A DNA stretch of 64,000 bases from Candidatus Hydrogenedentota bacterium. Its GTDB lineage: Bacteria > Hydrogenedentota > Hydrogenedentia > Hydrogenedentales > JAEUWI01. Location: NCBI GenBank assembly GCA_034669905.1, contig JAXMOL010000032.1, positions 1 through 64,000 of the forward strand, read 5' to 3'. Within the stretch, counting starts at the first letter, position 1; each line of letters starts with the position of its first letter. The position numbers and the translations under genes were made by a program. Below the pieces are notes generated by a model. That model saw only the letters and a list, made by a program, of their open reading frames with translations, was not told the origin of the DNA and ran no database searches. Positions 9,845-19,287 of the stretch are shown piece by piece.

Positions 9845-11197
9845 ATGCACGCCTTCAAGCGCCAAAACAGTCCAGATGGCCCCATTCCCTTCCCCCCGGC
9901 GATGATCCTCCCGACTGGGAAAGCACGCCGCTTTTCCGGTCTGCTCTTGCTGCTTTGTATGGGCCTGCTTCTTCCGATGTGCGTGGTCCAGGCAGACGAC
10001 GCACCGGAAGACGTGGACGAACTCAAGGCGCTTCTCCTCGAAACGCGGGACGCCATGCGCGAGATGCAGTCCACCTATGAATCACGGATTGACACCCTGG
10101 AATCGCGCATCGAAGCCCTGGAAGGGGGTGCAGAAGCCCAGACGGTGCAACAGGACGGCCTGGAGCGAAACGCGATTGAGCAGCAAACCCTCTTGGAAGA
10201 GGTGGAGTCAGCGGTTAATGACCGCCTTTCCATTCACGGGTACTACGACTTTCAATACATCGATGCAGACAACGAAGTTGTGGGTTCTTTCATCCAGAAT
10301 GAGCTGAGTATTTTCCTGCGCAGTTCCACCGAAGACGAGCAGTGGACCGTATTTGGCGAACTGGAGTTTGAGCGCATTGACGGCAACGATTATCTGAGAA
10401 GTCGCACCGGGAGCGATGGTGAATTTGAGATAGAGACGGCCTGGCTGGAATACCGGCACAACGATCGCTTCCGGGTACGGGCGGGCAAGCTTCTGCTGCC
10501 CCAATATTGGCAGACTTACCACTACCCCAACCTGACCCTTTCGACCTTGCCCCCGTTGATGGTGGGCAATCTCTTTCCAAAGAGTATCGTCGCCATGCAA
10601 ATCGCGGGCGATTGGTGGACGGCAAATGAGCGGGGTATCAGCTATGCGCTCTATGGAGGCAATGGAGGGGACGGCGACTTGCGTGAACTCGACGCAAATG
10701 AACACAAAGCCATCGGAGGACGACTCACCCTGCGCCTCGCGGGCCGCAACAGGCCGGAATGGCTGGAGACCCTCGACTTTTCTGTGTCGGCCTATGTGGG
10801 TGATGATGACGACGGGCGCAATCAGTCCATCGTCGGTCTCGACACCCAGGTCCGTATCGGTCGGGTGGAGCTGCTCGGCGAACTGGCCCACGGCAACCAG
10901 CCCTCTTATTTGCGGCGATCGCTTCGGCGGGCCTGGCATCGGGACGGCGAGTCGTTGGGCTTCTATGTGCAACCTTCCTATCGCATAGCACCCCAGTGGC
11001 ACCTGTTTTATCGGTTCGACTATTTGGAATTGGACGATCGCGGTGTGACCCCCTTCGACGAATCGCGCCATACCCTGGGGATTAACTTCCGACCCCGCCC
11101 GAACATTTCCCTTAAACTCGAACTTTTCCACAGTGAACCGGAGCACAAGGGCAGCGACTTTAATGGTGTCGCAAGCTCTGTGGTGTTCAATTTTTGA
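9845..11197 (+). CDS. Outer-membrane beta-barrel/porin-like protein with N-terminal coiled coil
   Basis: Signal peptide, coiled coil, AWLEY..RAGK motif, alternating strands, C-terminal Phe (VVFNF); start may be 9902. Confidence 0.75.
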   Translation: MHAFKRQNSPDGPIPFPPAMILPTGKARRFSGLLLLLCMGLLLPMCVVQADDAPEDVDELKALLLETRDAMREMQSTYESRIDTLESRIEALEGGAEAQTVQQDGLERNAIEQQTLLEEVESAVNDRLSIHGYYDFQYIDADNEVVGSFIQNELSIFLRSSTEDEQWTVFGELEFERIDGNDYLRSRTGSDGEFEIETAWLEYRHNDRFRVRAGKLLLPQYWQTYHYPNLTLSTLPPLMVGNLFPKSIVAMQIAGDWWTANERGISYALYGGNGGDGDLRELDANEHKAIGGRLTLRLAGRNRPEWLETLDFSVSAYVGDDDDGRNQSIVGLDTQVRIGRVELLGELAHGNQPSYLRRSLRRAWHRDGESLGFYVQPSYRIAPQWHLFYRFDYLELDDRGVTPFDESRHTLGINFRPRPNISLKLELFHSEPEHKGSDFNGVASSVVFNF

Positions 11198-11249
11198 GGT
11201 CGACGGTGAATCGGCACCGGGAGCAGGCCCCCTGTTTTGAGCCCTTCCC

Positions 11250-11834
11250 ATGGACATAATTAAGCGACGATACTACGCCAGCGCGCGGCTTTTGGCACTC
11301 GTGATCGGTTCCGCTGTGCTCGTTGGTGTCGAAGCCTCCCCGGAACCGGAGAAGTCAAAGGTCCGGCTTGTGGCGGTGATCACCCACCTGGAAAACGAGG
11401 TGGACGCCGTTCCTCGAAGCGAGCTGGCTCGGATGTTCCTCAAACAGCAAACGGAATGGCCCAACGGGGAACGCTGTATCCCCATCGATCAGCGGGGTGA
11501 AAACCCCATTCGCAAGGTCTTTTCCCAGGTGGTATTGCGGCGAAGCCTTTACGACATAAAACGGTATTGGATGCAGGAAACCATGACCGGCAACGCGCGG
11601 CCTCCAGTGGCGCTGGAGAGTGCCTCCACCGTCAAAAAGTACGTCCAGAAACTCAAAGGAGCGGTTGCCTATATCTATCTGGACGAGCTGGATGATACGG
11701 TCCGTATTCTGGGCGTGACCGATGTCGAGGAACTCGCCCAGCCCTCCGGGGACAGGCCCGGAGCGAAGGGTTCGGAGGCGGCTCATATTCCGGATGACGA
11801 GGGGGTAGCATCTTCACCGGAAGTGCGTCCATGA
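11250..11834 (+). CDS. Small periplasmic binding-protein-like (PstS-type single domain) protein
   Basis: Signal peptide; AVITH..N, ELARMFL, W, VKKYV...GAVAYI pattern typical of the small PBP partners of such porins. Confidence 0.7.
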   Translation: MDIIKRRYYASARLLALVIGSAVLVGVEASPEPEKSKVRLVAVITHLENEVDAVPRSELARMFLKQQTEWPNGERCIPIDQRGENPIRKVFSQVVLRRSLYDIKRYWMQETMTGNARPPVALESASTVKKYVQKLKGAVAYIYLDELDDTVRILGVTDVEELAQPSGDRPGAKGSEAAHIPDDEGVASSPEVRP

Positions 11835-13837
11835 GCATGTATTCCAAGGTCTTACTGAGCCTCCTGACCACAGCCTTACTGCCGCTCCTGCTGGTGACGG
11901 CGATTACCTACCAGAGCAGCAAGCAAACCCTGAGGTCCATGGCAGGTGGCACCCTGGAAGCGAGCGCCATGTCCCTGGCCCGCAACTCCATCGTATCCCT
12001 CGAAAACGCCGCCAAGGAAATGGAGTCCTGGGCCGCGCTGGATACCCTCCAAGACGTCTTCACCGGAGAAGACATCGACCTCCGCATGGGGCTGCTCCTG
12101 CGGGAACTCCAGGCGAACAGTGACTTTCTCGAAATCTGGTGCACCGACACCAACGGCAAGATCGTCGCCGCCAGTGATTTCAATCGCCTGGGGCAGCAGG
12201 TAGCCGAGCTGGACGGCGTGGCACGTGCCCTGTCAGGCGCCTCTTTTGTGTCTCCCGTACTCAATCACACGTCGATGCACGGGGTGGAGAATCCTTCCGT
12301 ATGCCTGATCTTTCCCCTTCTCGGTGCCTTTGATGGAGAAACGGTCATTGGTACGATTATCGGATTTTACGATTGGCATCGGATCGATGAGCGGGTCAGC
12401 TTCCAGGAGTACATTGCGCCCCAAGAGGGCATGCATCTCTTCCTCATGGACGAAGCACATCGTATCGTCGCCCGGGGCAATGCCGAGCCCGGCGTCGTGG
12501 CACTCCTGGAAAAAGAGCTGCCGGGCTTACACCGCGATGACGAGATGCGGACCCATTCCGTCACCGGCTCCCCCTTTGATGGCTCCCGCCAACTACTGGC
12601 CATGGCCACGCAGACCAGCACGCTCCACAACGTGGTGTACACCGGTGTTGCCGTCGCCCCCGAGCGCGAGGTACTTCAGCCCATCCGCCGTCTCGCGTGG
12701 TTTACGGTACTCGCCTGTATCGCTGCCGTGGCGGGCACCTTCGTCCTGGCGCTGGTACTCAGCAGGCGAATCAGTGGCCCCATAACCGCCCTGTCGCGCA
12801 CGGCGCGGGAAATCGCCCGGGGTAACCTTGCGCTCGCGCCCCCCGTCCTATCGGCAGACGAAATCGGACAGTTGGGAGCAGATCTGGATAGCATGCGGCG
12901 TAGCCTGAAAGCGCATATTGACACCCTGGACAGCTCCGTAAAGGAGCGGACCCGGCAACTGGAGGAGAGCGTATCGCAGCTGAAACATGAGATTCAGAAG
13001 CGTGAGCAGGCCCAAGACGAAGCCCTTCTCCGGGAGCAACAATTGCGGCAGGCCGACAAAATGGTTTCACTGGGCGTCCTCGTGTCGGGTGTGGCCCACG
13101 AAATCAACAATCCCAATGGGCTGATTGCTTTGAATCTCGGACTCCTCTCGGAAATCTGGGAGAAGTCCCTCCCGGTCCTCGAAGCTTTTTATGAAGAAAA
13201 TGGCGACTTCAGTCTTGGGGCGATGAACTTCTCCGAACTGCGCCGGGAGATGCCCGTGCTGCTCGCAGATACGACGGCCAGTTCGGAACGTATCAAGGCC
13301 ATTGTGGATGATCTTAAAGGGTTCTCCCGCACCTCCGACGAGCGGCTGGACGAAGCAGTGGACCTGAACCGGGTGGTCGACTCGGCCATCAATCTCGCCG
13401 CCAGCTACCTGAAAAAGGCCACCCGAAACCTGGTCGTTGAACTCGATCCAAGCTTAGCCGCCATTCCTGGCAATCCACAGCGATTGGAGCAGGTGGTCAT
13501 CAATCTGCTGCTCAACGCCTGCCATGCCCTGGTATCGGAAGACGCCGAGATTCGCGTCGTAACCCGGGCCACGAAACACCAGGCCATCGTCGAAGTGATT
13601 GACCAGGGCCGGGGCATTGCCCCCGAGGATATCGGCCGAATTACCGACCCGTTTTTTACCACCCGGCGGAACGACGGGGGCACCGGGCTCGGCCTGTCCA
13701 TATCAGCGGGCATCGTGGAAGAGCATGGCGGTGTGCTACAGTTTGAATCGCAACCGGAGGTCGGAACCACCGCCCGCCTCGTTCTACCTGTTGCCCCGAT
13801 GGAGAAAGACCGTGAACCATTCCCATTACCTGAGTGA
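11831..13837 (+). CDS. Sensor histidine kinase (periplasmic Cache-like domain, HAMP, HisKA, HATPase)
   Basis: Two TMs, DEIGQL HAMP, VAHEINNP H-box, NLLLNA, DQGRGI, GTGLGL. Confidence 0.93.
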   Translation: MSMYSKVLLSLLTTALLPLLLVTAITYQSSKQTLRSMAGGTLEASAMSLARNSIVSLENAAKEMESWAALDTLQDVFTGEDIDLRMGLLLRELQANSDFLEIWCTDTNGKIVAASDFNRLGQQVAELDGVARALSGASFVSPVLNHTSMHGVENPSVCLIFPLLGAFDGETVIGTIIGFYDWHRIDERVSFQEYIAPQEGMHLFLMDEAHRIVARGNAEPGVVALLEKELPGLHRDDEMRTHSVTGSPFDGSRQLLAMATQTSTLHNVVYTGVAVAPEREVLQPIRRLAWFTVLACIAAVAGTFVLALVLSRRISGPITALSRTAREIARGNLALAPPVLSADEIGQLGADLDSMRRSLKAHIDTLDSSVKERTRQLEESVSQLKHEIQKREQAQDEALLREQQLRQADKMVSLGVLVSGVAHEINNPNGLIALNLGLLSEIWEKSLPVLEAFYEENGDFSLGAMNFSELRREMPVLLADTTASSERIKAIVDDLKGFSRTSDERLDEAVDLNRVVDSAINLAASYLKKATRNLVVELDPSLAAIPGNPQRLEQVVINLLLNACHALVSEDAEIRVVTRATKHQAIVEVIDQGRGIAPEDIGRITDPFFTTRRNDGGTGLGLSISAGIVEEHGGVLQFESQPEVGTTARLVLPVAPMEKDREPFPLPE

Positions 13838-15221
13838 CCCGGTTTTGCTCGTAGACGATGAAGCCGCCTGGCTGCGAAGTTTCACCATGACCCTTCGTGC
13901 CGCGGGCATAAGCAACGTGCATACCTGTTCCGACAGCCGGGAAGCCGTGGCCCGCGCGGAAGAAATACACCCGGCACTCGTTATCCTGGACCTCACCATG
14001 CCCCATTTGTCGGGGGTGGAAGTCATGGCGCAGCTTGCGGCGGTGCGCCCCGAATTGCCGGTCGTCATGTTGACGGGAATGAACGATATTGAGACCGCCG
14101 TGGCCTGCATGAAGGAAGGGGCCTTCGACTTCTACGTCAAGACCACCGAAACGGAGCGGCTCGTAGGCGGCGTCAAACGCGCCCTGGAGCTGCAGCAGCT
14201 CCGCCACGAAAATACCCGCCTGCGGGACGGCATGCTCGACGATGACCTCAAGCACCCGGAGGCCTTTGGGGAAATCGTCTCCGTATCGCAAAAAATATGG
14301 GGCGTTTTTAAATACCTTGAAGTCGTCTCCCTGTCGCCTCTGGCCGTCTTGATCACGGGAGAAACCGGGGTGGGCAAGGAATTGTTTGCCCGGGCCGTGC
14401 ACCACGTCAGTGGGCGCACCGGCAACTTTGTGCCTGTGAATGCGGCGGGGCTGGATGAACAGGTATTCTCCGACACCCTCTTCGGCCATGTGAAGGGGGC
14501 CTTTACCGGCGCTGACGTGGCCCGCCCAGGGCTCATCGAGCAGGCCGCTGGCGGCACACTGTTCCTTGACGAAATCGGCGACCTGGATGGCGCGGCGCAG
14601 GTGAAACTCTTACGCCTGCTCCAGGAAGGGGAATATTACCCCCTGGGCTCCGATGTGGCGCGCAAGTCGGATGCCCGTGTCGTCGCCGCAACCAATTGCG
14701 ACCTGAAGACCCTCACCGAAAGTGGCGCTTTCCGGAAGGACTTGTACTACCGTCTGCATACCCACCGTGTCCAGGTACCGCCATTGCGAGAGCGGCGGGA
14801 GGACATCGGGCCCTTGCTGGAGTTCTTTCTTGATGAAGCCGCCCGATTACTCGACAAGAAACGCCCGACGGCACCCCGCGAACTGACTTCCCTGCTCAAG
14901 ACCTATCACTTTCCCGGGAACGTCCGAGAGTTGCGCTCCATGGTCATGGACGCGGTCACCCATCACGGCGGCGGCATGTTGTCCATGGCGCGGTTCAAGG
15001 AACACGTCCGCGACATGTCGCCCGAACAAGACCCGACGGCCCGCCCGCAAGTTGCCGTCACCTTTGGGGAGGTCCTGCCGACACTCAAGGAGAATGCCGA
15101 GTTGTTGGTGGAGGAAGCCCTGAGCCGCGCCGAAGGCAATCAGGCCATTGCCGCAGAAATGCTCGGCATATCACGGCAGGCTTTGAACAAGCGCTTGCGC
15201 CAGGCCGGGGAGAGTAGCTAA
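13812..15221 (+). CDS. Sigma54-dependent response regulator (NtrC family)
   Basis: REC (VDDE, LDLTMP), GETGVGKE, GAFTGA, FLDEIG, PGNVREL, Fis-type HTH. Confidence 0.95.
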   Translation: MNHSHYLSDPVLLVDDEAAWLRSFTMTLRAAGISNVHTCSDSREAVARAEEIHPALVILDLTMPHLSGVEVMAQLAAVRPELPVVMLTGMNDIETAVACMKEGAFDFYVKTTETERLVGGVKRALELQQLRHENTRLRDGMLDDDLKHPEAFGEIVSVSQKIWGVFKYLEVVSLSPLAVLITGETGVGKELFARAVHHVSGRTGNFVPVNAAGLDEQVFSDTLFGHVKGAFTGADVARPGLIEQAAGGTLFLDEIGDLDGAAQVKLLRLLQEGEYYPLGSDVARKSDARVVAATNCDLKTLTESGAFRKDLYYRLHTHRVQVPPLRERREDIGPLLEFFLDEAARLLDKKRPTAPRELTSLLKTYHFPGNVRELRSMVMDAVTHHGGGMLSMARFKEHVRDMSPEQDPTARPQVAVTFGEVLPTLKENAELLVEEALSRAEGNQAIAAEMLGISRQALNKRLRQAGESS

Positions 15222-15233
15222 TTCGGTCAGGGG

Positions 15234-15322
15234 CGCAACTTTGGTTGCGGGCGCATCGGGGGTTGCATGGCCTAAGTACCTGATAGCACGCGCTCGGGGA
15301 TTTCCCCGTCAACCTGGGTTGC
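15234..15322. promoter_or_regulatory. Three candidate enhancer (UAS) sites GCAAC-N4-GTTGC
   Basis: CGCAACtttgGTTGCG 15234-15249, GCATCggggGTTGC 15253-15266, TCAACctggGTTGC 15309-15322. Confidence 0.6.
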
Positions 15323-15401
15323 ACCTATTGGTGGCGACGTGCCCACCGTAGCGCTCCCGAATTTCCTTGTAAACATGGGCAATACCGCCGGTCACGTGAA
15401 C

Positions 15402-15418
15402 TTGGCACACTTCTTTCT
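15402..15418 (+). promoter_or_regulatory. Putative sigma54 promoter of the mqn operon
   Basis: TTGGCACACTTCTTTCT matches YTGGCACR-N4-TTGCW except G to T in the -12 box. Confidence 0.5.
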
Positions 15419-15445
15419 CTTACCGAGTCGTAGAAAGGAAGTGCC

Positions 15446-16510
15446 ATGCTTCAAATCAAAATTAGACTCGACCGACCCACCGCCCTGCAGCACCTGCGGG
15501 AAACGCCCCTGCTTAGCCTGGGGCGCCTGGCCTTTGATGAAAAACGGGCGCGCTATGGAGACCGCGTGACCTACGTGCACAACCGACACGTCAACCCCAC
15601 CAATTTGTGTGTCTACTCCTGCAAGTTCTGCGACTATGCCGCGAAGAAAAATGACGCTCACGCCTATGAGTTGACGGAGGCCGATATTCTGAGCGACCTC
15701 CAGGATACCCACGTGGTGGAAGCCCACATCGTCGGCGGGCTCTGGCCGGGATGGCACTTCCACCGCTCCCTCGATCTGGTGCGCGCCATTCGTTCGGCAC
15801 GGCCGACGCTCTGGATCAAGGCCTTCACCGCCGTAGAAATCGCCTACTTCGCCCGCATGGAAAAGACCTCCACCCGACGCATTCTCGAGCAGATGCAGCA
15901 AGCGGGTGTAGACATGGTGCCGGGTGGTGGCGCTGAAATCCTGTGCGACCGAATTCACCAGGCCCTCTATAAAGATAAGATTGGACCGGCGGACTGGCTT
16001 CGTATTCATGAGGAAGCCCACGAAGTCGGTCTTCCCAGCAACGCCACCATGCTTTTCGGCCATATCGAAAGCGACGAAGAGATCGTCGACCACCTTTTGA
16101 AGTTGCGCGATCTTCAGGATCGTAGCGGTGGTTTTCAGAGTTTCATTCCCCTCGCCTACCTGCCCGGAGAAACCCGGCTGGTACCCCGCCCCGTAGCCGC
16201 ACCGCGCTCCCTGCGCATCATCGCCCTGTCCCGACTCGTCCTCGATAATTTCTCCCACGTCAAGGCCTACTGGCCGACCATCGGATTGGAAACCGCATCG
16301 GCGGCCTTGAGCTTTGGAGCCGACGACCTGGATGGCACCCTGGGAAAGGAGCGCATCATGCAGATGGCGGCTTCCGAATCGCCTGCCGCCCTGACCCGTC
16401 AGTTCATGGAACGCATTATTCGCGATGCCGGTCAGCTTCCCGTTACCCGTACGGGCCAATTCGACCTTTGTGGCGCCCACGAAGCAGGAGAAGCCCCATG
16501 CTGCGTCTAA
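15446..16510 (+). CDS. mqnE: Aminofutalosine synthase (radical SAM)
   Basis: NRHVNPTNLCVYSCKFC, IKAFTAVEI, PGGGAEI, NATMLFGHIE, HVKAYW, GADDLDGT. Confidence 0.9.
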   Translation: MLQIKIRLDRPTALQHLRETPLLSLGRLAFDEKRARYGDRVTYVHNRHVNPTNLCVYSCKFCDYAAKKNDAHAYELTEADILSDLQDTHVVEAHIVGGLWPGWHFHRSLDLVRAIRSARPTLWIKAFTAVEIAYFARMEKTSTRRILEQMQQAGVDMVPGGGAEILCDRIHQALYKDKIGPADWLRIHEEAHEVGLPSNATMLFGHIESDEEIVDHLLKLRDLQDRSGGFQSFIPLAYLPGETRLVPRPVAAPRSLRIIALSRLVLDNFSHVKAYWPTIGLETASAALSFGADDLDGTLGKERIMQMAASESPAALTRQFMERIIRDAGQLPVTRTGQFDLCGAHEAGEAPCCV

Positions 16511-17271
16511 GCGCAATCGATAACCTGTCAGGGAGCGGCTACCGACTTCGTGCGCCCGATTGCCACCACAGTCTGCTCTTTGAGACGCCCGCACGGATCC
16601 ATGAGCGTGTGGTCGCCCGTCAGTGCGAGGCGGCCTTGCTACCCGTCGCCAGCCTGCCCACCGTCAGCAACTATTTCGACGTGATTGGAAGCTATGGCAT
16701 CGCCTGCCGGGGTCCCGTACGAAGCGTCCAGCTCTTCAGCAGCAGTCCCCTTGGGTCCCTGTTGCGCCAGGGGCTGCCCATCTATGCCACCCCGAAATCC
16801 CGTTCCTCCATCGCGCTCTTTCGCATACTTTGCATACGGCAATTCGGCGTGGCACCCAAACTCACGTCTTCCTATCCCGGAGCCGCTGCCCACCTGCTGA
16901 TTGGCGACGGGGCCTTTGAATACGCCCAACGGAATCGGGACACACAACACGATAGGGACCTGAGCGGGTGGTGGTTCGAAGAAACGGGTCTCCCGTTCGT
17001 CTTCGCCCGCTGGGTCGTTTCCAGATCCCTGCCTCAACACCAGCGAGACGCCCTGTCCGACTGGCTCGACGCCTCCATCCAGTACGCCCAATCCCCTGAA
17101 GGCTTTGCTGCCCTGGTGCACTCGGAGGATGAGGCTACGGAGGGTGAACTCCGACGCAACTACTTCAAAAATCTGCGATATCACCTGACAGCGGAAGACC
17201 TCGCCGGCATGGAGAGGTTTCTTCAGCTCATGGAAGGAAACCGGTATGACCGTACCGCGCGTAGCGCCTGA
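16498..17271 (+). CDS. mqnA: Chorismate dehydratase (divergent)
   Basis: GPVRSVQLFS, SRSSIAL, LLIGD, DL..WW..TGLPFVFARW. Confidence 0.82.
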   Translation: MLRLSAIDNLSGSGYRLRAPDCHHSLLFETPARIHERVVARQCEAALLPVASLPTVSNYFDVIGSYGIACRGPVRSVQLFSSSPLGSLLRQGLPIYATPKSRSSIALFRILCIRQFGVAPKLTSSYPGAAAHLLIGDGAFEYAQRNRDTQHDRDLSGWWFEETGLPFVFARWVVSRSLPQHQRDALSDWLDASIQYAQSPEGFAALVHSEDEATEGELRRNYFKNLRYHLTAEDLAGMERFLQLMEGNRYDRTARSA

Positions 17272-18373
17272 AAAGGCCCTCAATCTCTATCGCCATGCTG
17301 CCCAGCGCGATCTCATGGAGCGGGCGAATGATATTCGCCAACAACTCCACCCGGGGAATGAGGTTACCTTCGTAATCGATACCAACCCCAACTACACCAA
17401 CGTGTGTACAACCGACTGCAATTTCTGCAGTTTCTATCGCAAGCCGGGCCACGACGACGCCTATGTGCGTACACCCGATGAACTCGGCCGCAATGCCGCC
17501 CAGGCCCAAGAACAAGGCGCGACGACGGTCTTGCTCCAGGGGGGGCACAATCCCGCCCTCGGCCTGTCTTACTACCTGGACGTTGTCGAGGCCTTGCAGC
17601 AGCACGCCCCAACTATGCACCTGCACCTCTTCTCTCCCTCGGAGATCCTGCACATTGCCGAGCAGGAGGCGATGAGTGCCCACGCCGTGCTCCAGCGGCT
17701 ATGGGATGCGGGGCTCCGCACGATGCCTGGAGGGGGCGCTGAGATACTGGTAGACACGGTGCGTCGTAAGTTGTCCCCCAAGAAGACCCGCAGCGACGCG
17801 TGGTTGGCCGTCATGGGCGAAGCCCATCGTATCGGCTTCAAGACCAGCGCCACCATGACCTATGGACATCTGGAGACCGATGAAGATATTATCGAACATC
17901 TCCTGCGGCTCCGCCAGTTACAGGACGAAACGGGTGGCTTCTACGCCTTCATCCCCTGGAGTTTCAAACCCGGCGCCTCCCCGCTCAGCCGCCTGGTTCC
18001 AGAAGCGGCACCGCCCAGCCAATATGTCCGCGTCATTGCCCTTGCCCGCATCTTCCTCGACAACGTGCCCCACATTCAGGCGTCCTGGTTCGGCGAAGGC
18101 TGGCGCGCCGGCCAACTGGCCCTCTATGCCGGTGCCGACGATTTTGGCGGCGTATTGCTGGAAGAAAATGTGCTTTTCCAGGCCCGTCATCAGGTCGCCA
18201 CCCAGCGGGATTCGGTGCTCAACATGATTCACGATGCCGGGTTCACGCCCGTTCAACGCAGCACCACCTATACCCACTTGAAACGTCATTTCATCCCCTC
18301 GTCTGTCACCCGCCCCTTCACGCAAACACGCGTCAACCCCCTGTTAACCCCCGCCTCGTCGACGGCGGTATAA
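17246..18373 (+). CDS. mqnC: Cyclic dehypoxanthinyl futalosine synthase (radical SAM)
   Basis: VTFVIDTNPNYTNVCTTDCNFC, LLQGGHNP, FIPWSFKP, HIQASW, GADDFGG..LEENV. Confidence 0.92.
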   Translation: MTVPRVAPEKALNLYRHAAQRDLMERANDIRQQLHPGNEVTFVIDTNPNYTNVCTTDCNFCSFYRKPGHDDAYVRTPDELGRNAAQAQEQGATTVLLQGGHNPALGLSYYLDVVEALQQHAPTMHLHLFSPSEILHIAEQEAMSAHAVLQRLWDAGLRTMPGGGAEILVDTVRRKLSPKKTRSDAWLAVMGEAHRIGFKTSATMTYGHLETDEDIIEHLLRLRQLQDETGGFYAFIPWSFKPGASPLSRLVPEAAPPSQYVRVIALARIFLDNVPHIQASWFGEGWRAGQLALYAGADDFGGVLLEENVLFQARHQVATQRDSVLNMIHDAGFTPVQRSTTYTHLKRHFIPSSVTRPFTQTRVNPLLTPASSTAV

Positions 18374-18385
18374 AGGAAGCCATCT

Positions 18386-19222
18386 ATGAATACCATTCGT
18401 ATTGGACACAGCCCCGACCCCGATGATGCCTTTATGTTCTATGGCTTCGCCTCGGAACAGGTCACGATTCCCGACCACCGCATCATCCATGTACTCCACG
18501 ATATACAAACATTGAATGAACTGGCCATGGGCGATGACCCCCTCGAAGTGACCGCCCTTTCTGTGCACGGCTATCTCCATCTGGCGGACCGCTATGAACT
18601 CCTCGAAGTGGGCACCAGCGCGGGGCGCTATTATGGCCCCCGACTCATCGCCAATGGCCCGGCATCGCTGGAAAGTCTGGCCGGGAAACCTGTTGCCCTG
18701 CCTGGCCCCTTCACCACCGCAACGCTCGTGGCCCGCACCCTCCTCCCCGGCATTCAAGAGGTCCATATGGATTTCACCCGGATCATGGATGCGGTCAAGT
18801 CCGGCGAAGTGGCCGCGGGTGTAATCATTCACGAAGGCCAACTCACCTACGCCGATGAGGGCTTCACCCTGCTCGCCGATTTTGGTGAGCTCTTTGGGGA
18901 ACGGCATGGCGGCTTGCCCCTCCCCCTCGGCGTCAATTGTATTCGCGCCAACCTGGGCCAGGCCCTGAAAACGACCGTGGCCAATGCCTATCGCCGTTCG
19001 GTGGAAATTGCGCTCAAACAACGGAGTGCCGCTGTGGACTATAGCCTCAATTACGGACGCGGCCTTTCAAAATCACTGGCGGACCGATTTGTCGGCATGT
19101 ATGTGAACGAAGACAGCCTTGCCTTCAATGACGAATTGCGACGGGCCATGGCGATTCTAAAAAACGAATACTGGCAAGGCTCCGAAGACCAGAAAAAAGC
19201 GCTGGCCGGCTCGGCGCGCTGA
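18386..19222 (+). CDS. mqnD: 1,4-dihydroxy-6-naphthoate synthase
   Basis: GHSPDPDDAFMFY, IIHEGQLTY, LPLPLG, GMYVN. Confidence 0.92.
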   Translation: MNTIRIGHSPDPDDAFMFYGFASEQVTIPDHRIIHVLHDIQTLNELAMGDDPLEVTALSVHGYLHLADRYELLEVGTSAGRYYGPRLIANGPASLESLAGKPVALPGPFTTATLVARTLLPGIQEVHMDFTRIMDAVKSGEVAAGVIIHEGQLTYADEGFTLLADFGELFGERHGGLPLPLGVNCIRANLGQALKTTVANAYRRSVEIALKQRSAAVDYSLNYGRGLSKSLADRFVGMYVNEDSLAFNDELRRAMAILKNEYWQGSEDQKKALAGSAR

Positions 19223-19287
19223 CGTCAAGCACATGAGCCACACTCTGTAACTCTCCTCTTTTTTAAAGGAATAAGGAACACAATCGT

